A stretch of 64,000 nt of DNA from a virus. The notes under the pieces were generated by a model. The model saw only the letters and a program-made list of their open reading frames with translations. It was not told the DNA's origin and did not search any database. Shown here one piece after another: positions 39,138 through 48,396 of the stretch; positions within the stretch are counted from its first letter, which is position 1; every line of letters begins with the position of its first letter. The translations under genes were made by a program, and so were the position numbers. The stretch covers positions 33,145 through 97,144 of the IMG/VR virus record IMGVR_UViG_3300042904_000107; one strand, written 5' to 3'.

Positions 39138-39480
39138 TCCCAGTAATGATGTTTGCGGTAAGTTCGGTCCGATCTACTGTCATATTTATAGTCCTATACA
39201 ATAGCCAATTATTTTCAAATAATAGTCCCACAGTTTCTCCTATTTGGAGATTTTGAGCATTTGCCCTATCAAGTGTTAACCAAGCAGATTCCATACTCGA
39301 TCCTGTATTTGAATCATTTCCGGAAATTGGGTTAACAAAATACGTAAAACTAGGAGGTGTTTTCCAAGTCAAACTAAAAGTATTAGGAAGTTGAGCGGTA
39401 ATGGATAGCCAAATGTCCTGTGGTACCAGATATCCTTCTAAAGTATTTAAATTTAAAATAATGAATCCAGCATTAGGCAT
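39121..39480 (-). CDS. hypothetical protein with a YFVNP..GND.N.G...AW.T motif
   Basis: motif typical of beta-helix N-termini; AATAAATA upstream. Confidence 0.55.
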   Translation of the reverse strand: MPNAGFIILNLNTLEGYLVPQDIWLSITAQLPNTFSLTWKTPPSFTYFVNPISGNDSNTGSSMESAWLTLDRANAQNLQIGETVGLLFENNWLLYRTINMTVDRTELTANIITGSADAF

Positions 39481-39529
39481 ACTTATGACTTCCTTCGTAA
39501 AGTATTTATTTGGTTAATCTTGTGACCAA

Positions 39530-39558
39530 ATAAAAAAAGGGTAGCCGAAGCTACCCTT
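39530..39558 (-). terminator. intrinsic terminator after gp23
   Basis: AGGGTAGC-TTCG-GCTACCCT followed by a T run. Confidence 0.85.
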
Positions 39559-39608
39559 AGTTAATCGCCGCTTCTCAAGCGGTCAGTTTAATTTGTATTC
39601 CGCTCAGA

Positions 39609-40916
39609 TTACAGAAGGTTTGTGACCTTAATCATGCGGTAGTATGGATTGCTGTTTGCGCGCAAGGATGCGTTGCTGTCGCTCCAGAATGGGTTCGGTG
39701 CCACGGCGTAACGTGTCTTGAACGCAATCTTTGGCTGGAACGTGTCAGGATCCTGTGCTCTGAAGAGTTGCAATGGCACATATGGGCAATAGAAGAAACC
39801 AGCATCATATGCGTTGGTTCCCTTATAGCCGACTAGCAAGAACTCTTCGTTTGCGCCAGCATTACCGAAGTAAGGATCAATGTAGACGCGGTAGCGACCG
39901 TTCAGAACTCCAGCAAACGTGTTGCCAGTGTCATCAACTGTCAAGTCTGTGCTTAGGGCAGGTGTGTAGTCAAGCTTACCGGCCATGACGAGAGCCGAAG
40001 CCACGTCGCTGGAGCAGATGATTACGTTACCCTTACCGCGTCTGGTTGCCTTCGCGATTGCGTTAGCATCGCGCTCTACACCAAACAGAAGACCCTTGAA
40101 CTTTTCAACGCTCCAACGACCGTTTGCGTCCACATCAAGGTCGAACACACCAGGAGTTGTTGCATACTGGGCGCCAGGTACTGCCAAGAAGTAGATTGTG
40201 CGGATGATTTCGCGGTTGATTTCGGTCAAAATTTCTGCCGACAGAATGTTTGCCAACTCTGTTTCAGCGTCTAGACCGTGGATTGCCTTTAGGTCCTGTG
40301 CAACTTCAACACTGTACTCGGCCTTCAGAGCGCGGCTCTTTGCCTCGACTGAAATCTTTTCGATGCTGAATGCCATTTGCTGGAAGTCAGGTCCAACACC
40401 ATCACCGAGCGCTTCGCTCTGTGCTGTGCTGAATGGACGACCAGTTGTATAACCGGTTGCTGTTGGCGGGAAGCCAGTTGCTACCGGATCAGTACCAGCA
40501 TGTGCTGTGCCGCTGAAACCGGCTGCTGTTGCACCAGAGAAAGCGGTGTCAGCTTCGTTGAATAGCGCTTCCGTTCCCGTCTTGCTTGTGTAACGTGACT
40601 TCATGGCGAAGATTAGGCCCGTAGGTCCAACCATCGGCTGCACACCGCACACGTCATAAGCAATAAGGTTTGGCATCGCCCGACGAACTAGTGAAATCAG
40701 AATAGGATCAAAATTCGCAATACCGGTGCCTGTGCTCAATGTTGGAGCGGCCTCGGCAAGAATCTGACCGGTCTTCTTGAACTCTTCCTTCTGATTCTCC
40801 ATAACCGTCGCAAGGACGCGGCGCTTATGGCGATTCGTCAGTTTACCAAAACTATCGTCATCGAGAACTTCAGCCCATTTTTCAACTAGCTGGTCTGTAG
40901 TTACTTGTGGATTCAT
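39609..40916 (-). CDS. major capsid protein gp23
   Basis: DPILISLVRRAMPNLIAYDVCGVQPM.GPTGLIFAM, KSRALKAEYS, YCPYVPL. Confidence 0.98.
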   Translation of the reverse strand: MNPQVTTDQLVEKWAEVLDDDSFGKLTNRHKRRVLATVMENQKEEFKKTGQILAEAAPTLSTGTGIANFDPILISLVRRAMPNLIAYDVCGVQPMVGPTGLIFAMKSRYTSKTGTEALFNEADTAFSGATAAGFSGTAHAGTDPVATGFPPTATGYTTGRPFSTAQSEALGDGVGPDFQQMAFSIEKISVEAKSRALKAEYSVEVAQDLKAIHGLDAETELANILSAEILTEINREIIRTIYFLAVPGAQYATTPGVFDLDVDANGRWSVEKFKGLLFGVERDANAIAKATRRGKGNVIICSSDVASALVMAGKLDYTPALSTDLTVDDTGNTFAGVLNGRYRVYIDPYFGNAGANEEFLLVGYKGTNAYDAGFFYCPYVPLQLFRAQDPDTFQPKIAFKTRYAVAPNPFWSDSNASLRANSNPYYRMIKVTNLL

Positions 40917-40972
40917 TTACTGATTCTCCTTGAAACTCTCAGATTCTTTTAAATAACTTTATGTTTCAGAGT

Positions 40973-40980
40973 TATTTATA
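40973..40980 (-). promoter_or_regulatory. T4-type late promoter TATAAATA
   Basis: exact consensus upstream of gp23; gp55 present. Confidence 0.85.
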
Positions 40981-40986
40981 AAATCC

Positions 40987-42291
40987 TTACTTTTTAGCCA
41001 TTCGAGCTAGAACATCCTTCACTGCGCCCATCTCTTTCGAGGCTGTGGCTGCATTCGGATTCTGCTCTAAAGTCTGTTCTGCTAACGTCTTGCCTGACTT
41101 CTGTGTCTTCTGAGTGGCAGGTGCAGTGGTTGCAGTTTCTTTCAGCGTGGTTAACGCTTTCTCGTACTGTTCTGCGGTCTGATACTCAACACCTTCTGCC
41201 ATGTCACGTAGTTTCTCCGCTTGTGTCGCAATCATACCTTTTGACACTCTGGTGAAGATTTCGGTCTTTTCAGCTAGGCGAACTTTGTTCTGTAGCTGGA
41301 CATTAGCTTCGATTTGCTCATTAAGCTTTCCTTCTAGTTCGGTAACTTTGTTTGTCATTTCGACAACAACGTCTACCTTCGTTTCCGGAATCTCAATGTA
41401 GTGTTCCTCGAACAACGACTTCAAGCCACCAATGAATTCTTCCACTAGCTGTGCTCGGATGGCGCTTTCGAGAGCCACTTCATGGGTCTTAACCCAATTC
41501 TCAACAACGAGATCTAGGTGACCGTCTACCTTATGAGATAGCTCCTCGCGGATCTCTTCCACACGCTCGTTCAACTGCTTTGTTAGACGTGTTTTTAGTT
41601 TACCACGATACTCTTTGATGCGGTTAGATAGCGTTTCCTCGAAAATTTGGGAAGTCTTAACTTTCAACGCTTCAGAAATTGTTTCACCGGCAAACAACGC
41701 TTTGGTTGCTTCCTCAACAGCTTTCTTATCGTCTTCGTCGTCTTCCTTCTCTTCGGTCGCTACTGAAGTTGAACTCTTTTCGCCTTCTTCATTGTCGGCT
41801 TCTTCGTTGAACTTCTCCGCTGGTTTTTCACCGGCATGTAAACGGCTATTACCACTCTTACCGTCTTCATCGGATTTAGAATCCGGAAGCGACTGGCCTT
41901 CCTCATCTAACTTTTTCTCGTCCTCATCAGATTCTTTCTTCTTCAAGAAAGGAGGAGTCTTGCCTTCGTCTACCGTCTCATCTTCATCGTCGGTTTCTTC
42001 ACCTAGACCGTAGCCAGGTTTTCCACCGTTCGGAAGATCAGAGTTTGTAGGAAGAGCAGGACCTGTAGGACCAGGATTCGTTTTCAGTGTCTTATCGAGA
42101 CCGGTTGGAATAGGACCTGTGGCGTCGACCTTGACAGTGTTACCAGTGATATCACCATGTGTGACTTCCTGCCCATGTTCTGGATGAACGCGGGTTGGGC
42201 TGTCGGCTTGGTCTTCTGTCAAGACTCCACCGCCTGTCATGCCTTCCTTCGCCAAGATCTTATTCAGCTTTTCCTGAAAAGATTTGCTCAT
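40987..42291 (-). CDS. prohead core scaffold gp22
   Basis: IFE, VVENW, F..GLK.LF.EHYIEIPE.KVDVV; synteny. Confidence 0.9.
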   Translation of the reverse strand: MSKSFQEKLNKILAKEGMTGGGVLTEDQADSPTRVHPEHGQEVTHGDITGNTVKVDATGPIPTGLDKTLKTNPGPTGPALPTNSDLPNGGKPGYGLGEETDDEDETVDEGKTPPFLKKKESDEDEKKLDEEGQSLPDSKSDEDGKSGNSRLHAGEKPAEKFNEEADNEEGEKSSTSVATEEKEDDEDDKKAVEEATKALFAGETISEALKVKTSQIFEETLSNRIKEYRGKLKTRLTKQLNERVEEIREELSHKVDGHLDLVVENWVKTHEVALESAIRAQLVEEFIGGLKSLFEEHYIEIPETKVDVVVEMTNKVTELEGKLNEQIEANVQLQNKVRLAEKTEIFTRVSKGMIATQAEKLRDMAEGVEYQTAEQYEKALTTLKETATTAPATQKTQKSGKTLAEQTLEQNPNAATASKEMGAVKDVLARMAKK

Positions 42292-42332
42292 GAATCTCTC
42301 CTTGTAAAATGGATCGGAACTATTTATTATCC

Positions 42333-43016
42333 TTAGAATTTGAACTTGTTGTCCAAATCTCTCAGGAATTCACCGTAAGTTCTTAGTTCCGTTTCATGTA
42401 AACTCTTTCTGGACGCAGATTTAATGGCATTTTTCCATGCTTCAATCTTGGACTCCAGAATCAAACCATCGGCAAAGATGTACTCTTTACTCTCCATGAT
42501 ACCGCGGACGAAGGCGTCCGGAGCAGATGGATCCATAACGATATCGGCAGCCGTTGCCAGAATGAAATCTGGCTGTACGTAGTCAACACCACCACGACGC
42601 TGTAGCGAACCAACACCACGTGAAGAAACACCGAACTTAACGTCCTCATCGAGGAACGTTCTTACGATCTTTCCAAACGGAGTGTTTAGAATTTTTGCTT
42701 TGCCTAGATAATTGTTGCCATCACGGGTTATCGCCGTGATTTTGTGCGATACTCTTTCCGGATTAATTGTAGGTCCATCCGGATGACCCAGTTCACCGAC
42801 GGCACGCTTTGTTTCGACCATCTCGCGCACGTAACGGTTTACTTCATTTTCCATAACATCTAACGGATAGACGCGACCATTACGATTTTTTACTTGAGAT
42901 TGTAGGAAGACGCCTTCAACGAATTTGTATTCCTTACCGCCGACCGTCTCAGTTAGAAAGCGGTAATCCAAACACTCTTCGATGAGCGGCTGTACTTCGA
43001 TGCCGTTTACGATCAT
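42333..43016 (-). CDS. prohead protease gp21
   Basis: KNRNGRVYP, GELGHP, GVSSRGVGS, ADIV.DPSAPDAFV. Confidence 0.95.
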   Translation of the reverse strand: MIVNGIEVQPLIEECLDYRFLTETVGGKEYKFVEGVFLQSQVKNRNGRVYPLDVMENEVNRYVREMVETKRAVGELGHPDGPTINPERVSHKITAITRDGNNYLGKAKILNTPFGKIVRTFLDEDVKFGVSSRGVGSLQRRGGVDYVQPDFILATAADIVMDPSAPDAFVRGIMESKEYIFADGLILESKIEAWKNAIKSASRKSLHETELRTYGEFLRDLDNKFKF

Positions 43017-43020
43017 GGTT

Positions 43021-43251
43021 TTACTTCACTTTCTTAAGCTTGCCTTTTTCGTCCTTCTTTGCCTTCTTTTTAGAGGCATCGAAAATGGCTTTCTCTTTTC
43101 CCTGTTTCTTTTTATTGAATGTCTTGGCGACTATCTGCTTACGCTTTTCCGTTAAAATTTCGGCAGCCTTTTCGCTCAAGGATTCGTTTAGGGCATCTTG
43201 TGCATCCACAAGTTTACCACTTTCAATTAGCTTAACGATTTCCTTTGACAT
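43021..43251 (-). CDS. prohead core protein, gp67-like
   Basis: size, helical pattern, synteny between gp20 and gp21. Confidence 0.65.
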   Translation of the reverse strand: MSKEIVKLIESGKLVDAQDALNESLSEKAAEILTEKRKQIVAKTFNKKKQGKEKAIFDASKKKAKKDEKGKLKKVK

Positions 43252-43260
43252 ATGGCTCCT

Positions 43261-43806
43261 TTATTTAGCGGCTTGTGAACACCAAGAGACCATTTTGATG
43301 AATCCGCAACGGCTTTCCGTTAGTGTCTCCAGCATTGTTACTTGGTTTTCTTCGTTGAGGTTATCAAACACACTCTTAAGCGCGTTTGCCTGGCTCTCAG
43401 AAATTGAAACGGTCATGTCGCCGTTGTCAAATGCAACCCTACGCATTTCCACAATGGCATTCAGAACATCTACCGCCGTTGCTTCATAGCGCACACGCTT
43501 GCTTACATCCTCATCACCCATAGCTTCGGCATTTTTCAGCTTCTTAGCTCCGGTTTCTTTAGTGCTATCGACAACGATAGTATCCTCAGAAACTTGGTCA
43601 TCAGGGTGTGTCACTTCCTCTTCTACATCCTCTGTAACATCGTAGTCCTCAATCAAAGAGGCACCAATTACCTTCTTACGTGTTTCTACGTGGTTTGTTA
43701 CCTTCTCAGCTAGTGCGAGGTTAACGGATGCTACCAAAGTCTCAGCGTTTTCCGTTTCACATGCCAAAACGATTTTACTTGCTTGGTTCGGTTGGTTCGG
43801 CATCAA
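43261..43806 (-). CDS. prohead core-associated protein
   Basis: synteny; gp67-like N-terminus. Confidence 0.55.
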   Translation of the reverse strand: MMPNQPNQASKIVLACETENAETLVASVNLALAEKVTNHVETRKKVIGASLIEDYDVTEDVEEEVTHPDDQVSEDTIVVDSTKETGAKKLKNAEAMGDEDVSKRVRYEATAVDVLNAIVEMRRVAFDNGDMTVSISESQANALKSVFDNLNEENQVTMLETLTESRCGFIKMVSWCSQAAK

Positions 43807-43919
43807 CGCCCTCCCAAATGATTTTGATAGAGTTAGGTTCTGGTGTGTTAGTTTCGACCTCGATTACTTTCTTAGCAACCGTAGGCCCAATGTACACCTG
43901 ACCATTAGCTCCGTATCTC

Positions 43920-45500
43920 TTACTCACCTTTGCCTCCTTGGTCGAAGAATGCGCCAGTCTCCAACTCTGCTGCGTCTTGCCGCTCTTTTTCGATTGTCGG
44001 AGCTTCTTTATCCATCTCTTTTTGCATTACCTCAATCTGTTCATCGTTAAATTTAAGAATATTCTGTTTCACCCACTGGCGAGAAACGTATGTACCGACG
44101 ATAGGTGTTTCCGGATCGACTTGCTGTAAGAGTGTGAACCGTGAAGTCCACATCTCCTGGTCTTTCATTTCTTGAAATACTGAATCTTTTTGGTAATCGA
44201 AATGAATGTCTTGGCGGAAAATCTCCCATTCATTTAGGAGAATTACACCTTTCAGTAGCAATTGGACACGAATTAACTCTTTGAATAGGTGCTCGAAACG
44301 TTTGCGGAGTTTAGTGATAAAACGACCAAACTTGACCTCATCGCGGGAGATCTCCGCAGTACGGTTCATACCGATACCACCGCCACCCATGTCTTCCATA
44401 CGAGAAATCGGTACATGTAGTGACTTGTACAGCTTCTTTTGGAAGAACTCAATATCTTCGATTTGTCCAAGGTTCTGGCCGGCCGGTAGGGTTGTAACTT
44501 CAGTACCCTTCCCACCCTCTTTACGGGGTAGGAAGAAGTCTTCCTGCATTGAAAGGAATTTCTTGTCGTCGCGGACTTCACCCGTTGCAGAATCGTATAC
44601 CAGCTTGTTGCGGAAGTCCCGCATAATATTCTGGACGTACTGCTCGGCGCGCTGTGTTGGCATGTTACCAACGTCAATATAAAAAACCCTACGTTCTGCC
44701 GCGCGGCTCATGCGGTAGATTACGTGTGCATCTTCCATCGCACGCAACTGGTTAAGTGGTTTGATAGCTTTGTGGAGGTAGCTTACTACGATATTTCGCG
44801 TGCTATCTACTTCACCAGAATGGACATAACAGATCGCATCAGGGGCGATCTTGATACCGACAGTGGTATTATTATCCACATTGACGATACCACGTTCGTT
44901 ATAGATGTAATACTCCAGGATTGCATCCACAATTTCAACGCCAGCATTCTCAGTAGACATTTTCTTCTTGATTTCGCGAATCTTGCGGACTCTGCGCGGA
45001 TCAAGATAACGTACTTCCTGAATACCATCCATAGTATTCTCAGGATCGATAATCAAATGGTAATAAAGACGACCATCAACATACCATCTCTTGAAAATCT
45101 GAGCACCATCTTCATTGAAGTTCAATAAACGGAGAACTTCATCATATGCATCCCGGATTTCATTCTTAATAGAGTCTGGTTGTTCTAATTTGTCAAGATT
45201 AATTTGGACGGCTGGCTCGTTGTCTTCTTGGACAATCGCATCTGTGATAATATCCTCAACGGCTAACTCACACTCCGGTTGCATCGCCATATCACGATAG
45301 CGTGTAATTAATTCGGCTTCGTTCTTGGCAGTACCTTCGAGATCAACGTAGGTACCGTAAATTCCACCGGCAGTAATAGTAGACGCGCCATCCGTGTTTT
45401 GTGGGATAGCAAACGATTTATATTCCTGCTCCGGTGTATCGTTTCCAATTTTGAAGCCAAGTAGTCGGAGAGCTTCGCTCAAAAAATTTGGTTTAGCCAT
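43920..45500 (-). CDS. portal protein gp20
   Basis: WYVDGRL, LHKAIKP.NQLR.MED..VIYR..RA.ERR.FYIDVGN. Confidence 0.97.
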   Translation of the reverse strand: MAKPNFLSEALRLLGFKIGNDTPEQEYKSFAIPQNTDGASTITAGGIYGTYVDLEGTAKNEAELITRYRDMAMQPECELAVEDIITDAIVQEDNEPAVQINLDKLEQPDSIKNEIRDAYDEVLRLLNFNEDGAQIFKRWYVDGRLYYHLIIDPENTMDGIQEVRYLDPRRVRKIREIKKKMSTENAGVEIVDAILEYYIYNERGIVNVDNNTTVGIKIAPDAICYVHSGEVDSTRNIVVSYLHKAIKPLNQLRAMEDAHVIYRMSRAAERRVFYIDVGNMPTQRAEQYVQNIMRDFRNKLVYDSATGEVRDDKKFLSMQEDFFLPRKEGGKGTEVTTLPAGQNLGQIEDIEFFQKKLYKSLHVPISRMEDMGGGGIGMNRTAEISRDEVKFGRFITKLRKRFEHLFKELIRVQLLLKGVILLNEWEIFRQDIHFDYQKDSVFQEMKDQEMWTSRFTLLQQVDPETPIVGTYVSRQWVKQNILKFNDEQIEVMQKEMDKEAPTIEKERQDAAELETGAFFDQGGKGE

Positions 45501-45563
45501 TGTATTCCAATCGAGAAAAGGGGACCAAGAGATTGGCCCCCATGTCTGTAATACTTATGCTGA

Positions 45564-46145
45564 TTAACCAACCAGCGGGATACCCGGACCGTCAGTCGTG
45601 GAACCTTCAGGTCCAACTGATTCCCACCACTGGTAACGTAGAGTGACTTGGAACTTAGCAATCGTGTTATTGGTTCCCCAATCTGTCTCGATTGCACCAA
45701 CCTCAGTTGGGAAAGCTCCTGCCATTCTGTAAATTTTGATCGGAGGAAGATCCAGCTTAGATAGTTGCTGGATTTCCGGATCTGCCGTGTAACCCGGAGG
45801 TGTAGCAGCGGCAAAATCGCGTGTGTTTCCGATATGCTGGTTGAGAGAACTCATCCAGCGTTCGAAAGTATCACGGATTTTGAAGTTCTCATCACACATG
45901 ATGGTTAGAGTCCAAGGATCGAACTCACGATCACCAGGGTAATAGGACTTACGTCCCATATACGGAACTTCAATCTCGCCAAGCTTATCTGCTGGTAAAC
46001 TTGCCGATTCAGCCTGGAAGCTAACAAGTTCACTTGCCTCGCCTCCGCCACCCGCCAGGAGAGGAAATCTCATGACCACACGGAATAAGTTGGGACGAAC
46101 TCCGCTGCCATAAAATTTACCACGAAAGTCTACAATGCTTCTCAT
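45564..46145 (-). CDS. tail tube protein gp19
   Basis: RPNLF.V, GDR.F..WT.T, F.IR..FE.W, GAFPT. Confidence 0.93.
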   Translation of the reverse strand: MRSIVDFRGKFYGSGVRPNLFRVVMRFPLLAGGGGEASELVSFQAESASLPADKLGEIEVPYMGRKSYYPGDREFDPWTLTIMCDENFKIRDTFERWMSSLNQHIGNTRDFAAATPPGYTADPEIQQLSKLDLPPIKIYRMAGAFPTEVGAIETDWGTNNTIAKFQVTLRYQWWESVGPEGSTTDGPGIPLVG

Positions 46146-46157
46146 TCTTGGCTCCTA

Positions 46158-48317
46158 TTAGAATTTACCAACGATTTCTTCAAAGCTTACGCCTGTTCTT
46201 GTGGCGATAAAGTTCAGCTTAATGAAGTTGATGCTACGTGCCGGTTGCACATAAACGTCACCATTGAAACCGTTTGTGTCGATTACTTGCGGCGTGTTAT
46301 TTGAGGCATCGCAGACTACCTTGTAAGCGTAGATACCACGACGTCCCTGAATGTCACGCAGGAATGGATCAACAAGTGAACGGAACTGGGAACGTGTCAC
46401 TTCATCATTGAACTCGAATAGGATATACTTCGCTGCGCGCGAAATAGCCTTACGAAGTACAATGAACAAGCGACGAACGTTGATTCGGTCAAATGCGCTA
46501 GGCTTGGACTGGAGAGTTTTGTCTCCGAAGAGAACAGCACCCTGGCCAGGGAACGACACGATTGGGTTAACTCCCGCTTGATACAGCACATCGCGGTAAG
46601 CTTCCTTCGGGTTCCATGCAAGCTGGCGAACACCCTTGATCTGTCCACGATTCAAACCCGCAGGTGAGAACCACGGATCGCGTGTTTCGTCAGTACGCAC
46701 CATCAAACCAGCCACGTCTCCGTTTGCCGGGATCCAGCGGTACGTATCGTTGTACTTGTCGTATTTCTTGATCCAGTTACCGTCCATGAATGCGTAACTT
46801 GAGTTGGCATTCAATGTGACGTTGCGATAGGTCAAAATATCGGTATGTTCGCTGCCTGGGTTGCTAACAACCGCAGCCTTCGGAGGCGACAGCAAAACAA
46901 CACAATCTTGGCGGGATTCTGCAATGTTGTCAATGCAGTAGCTCACCACTGTTGAACTATGACCGGCTGTGATGATAAGGTTGAAGTCAAACTCTTCAAC
47001 GTTGAAGAGATCGTAACCAGCTTCAATATTACCATCTGTTAATGTGTCGTTACCGTCCACACCGCCAAGAAGCGTATGTTCAACCGGATCTGCCAATGCA
47101 TCAAATGCTACACCAGCAGCTTCGCTTCCCCAATTTGTTCCATCGCTTGTGTGATCCATCCACCAAACGAAGGCAGACTTACGATTGATTACTTCGGCGT
47201 AATAATTTGATTCACCTTGGGCGGTCTTTGCGTCAGATGCCTTCGAAACGAAAGCAAAACGCTCTAGAACATCGCCAGCAGTTCCGGACCAACGACCGGT
47301 TGTGTCAACCACAACCACATGAAGTTCGTCGTCAGATCCACCAAATGCTGTGGCGTAGTCAGACGTACCAGGTGCAGAATCAAATAGTGCTTTGTAATCC
47401 CATGCGGCAAACGAATCAACGTCGGCCATTGAAACTTTCAGTCCGTTACCTAGATCGCCTGCCCACTTGGCAGCCCACTCACCAACAGATGCCTGTCCGG
47501 CAGCGAAGCTGGTTTCATAGTGCGCCTCATTTTTGATTTGAACGCTAGGTGCGTATACCGTTAGAATTGCCGTCGTTGTCGGTGTATCACCACCTGTAGG
47601 TGTTACAGTAATTGTCGGTGCGCTTGTGAATCCTGTTCCACCAGCCGTAATTGTTACGCCGGTGATACCACCACCCACAATGGTTACTGCTCCAGCAGTT
47701 GCTCCGGTTCCACCAGTTCCACCCGTTAGTGTTGCTGTCGGTGCACTTGTGTATCCAGAACCTGGTGTATCAACAACGATTGATGTTACCTCGTCGCCTG
47801 TTAGAACAGCATGTGCTGTTGCACCAGTTCCTGCACCGCCCGAGAACACAACATTAGGTGCCACTGTATAGCCAGAACCGCCAGCGGATACTGCCACGGC
47901 CGTTACTTGACCACCAGTTACCGTTGCTGTTGCTGTTGCACCTGAACCACCGCCGCCTACAAATGCAAGCGTTGGAACATGTACGTATCCAGCACCAGGC
48001 AAAGTGATAGTGATTGTTCCGATTGCATCGCCATCTACGGATGCGTTGCGGGCAGCGCTTGACAGGCAGCGAACAACGTTTAGGTTGTTGCCATATGCCA
48101 AGAAGCTTGCGGCGCTGAAGAAAGTTTCTGCCGTATCATTATCCGGCTTATTGAATCTCTCTACCAACGTCAATTCACTATCAACTAGGGTGCGTTCATA
48201 GGCAGGGCCCCACTGGAAAGGACCAGCAATAACAGCGCCAGTAGTTGCTACACCGGTTACGACCGTGGATAGGTCGATTTCGGCGGATTTAACGCCTGGG
48301 CTCAGTTGAAATCCCAT
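46158..48317 (-). CDS. tail sheath protein gp18 with Gly/Thr repeat insertion
   Basis: SPGV...EIDL, PWFSPAG.NRG, FGDKT...PSAFDRINVRRLF. Confidence 0.96.
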   Translation of the reverse strand: MGFQLSPGVKSAEIDLSTVVTGVATTGAVIAGPFQWGPAYERTLVDSELTLVERFNKPDNDTAETFFSAASFLAYGNNLNVVRCLSSAARNASVDGDAIGTITITLPGAGYVHVPTLAFVGGGGSGATATATVTGGQVTAVAVSAGGSGYTVAPNVVFSGGAGTGATAHAVLTGDEVTSIVVDTPGSGYTSAPTATLTGGTGGTGATAGAVTIVGGGITGVTITAGGTGFTSAPTITVTPTGGDTPTTTAILTVYAPSVQIKNEAHYETSFAAGQASVGEWAAKWAGDLGNGLKVSMADVDSFAAWDYKALFDSAPGTSDYATAFGGSDDELHVVVVDTTGRWSGTAGDVLERFAFVSKASDAKTAQGESNYYAEVINRKSAFVWWMDHTSDGTNWGSEAAGVAFDALADPVEHTLLGGVDGNDTLTDGNIEAGYDLFNVEEFDFNLIITAGHSSTVVSYCIDNIAESRQDCVVLLSPPKAAVVSNPGSEHTDILTYRNVTLNANSSYAFMDGNWIKKYDKYNDTYRWIPANGDVAGLMVRTDETRDPWFSPAGLNRGQIKGVRQLAWNPKEAYRDVLYQAGVNPIVSFPGQGAVLFGDKTLQSKPSAFDRINVRRLFIVLRKAISRAAKYILFEFNDEVTRSQFRSLVDPFLRDIQGRRGIYAYKVVCDASNNTPQVIDTNGFNGDVYVQPARSINFIKLNFIATRTGVSFEEIVGKF

Positions 48318-48376
48318 CTATGTATCTCCTTGTCTCTAAAAATCTTACCGAGAAGGTTTATTCTTTTCAACACAGA

Positions 48377-48384
48377 TATTTATA
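48377..48384 (-). promoter_or_regulatory. T4-type late promoter TATAAATA
   Basis: exact consensus upstream of gp18. Confidence 0.85.
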
Positions 48385-48396
48385 AAAATCCAGGTT

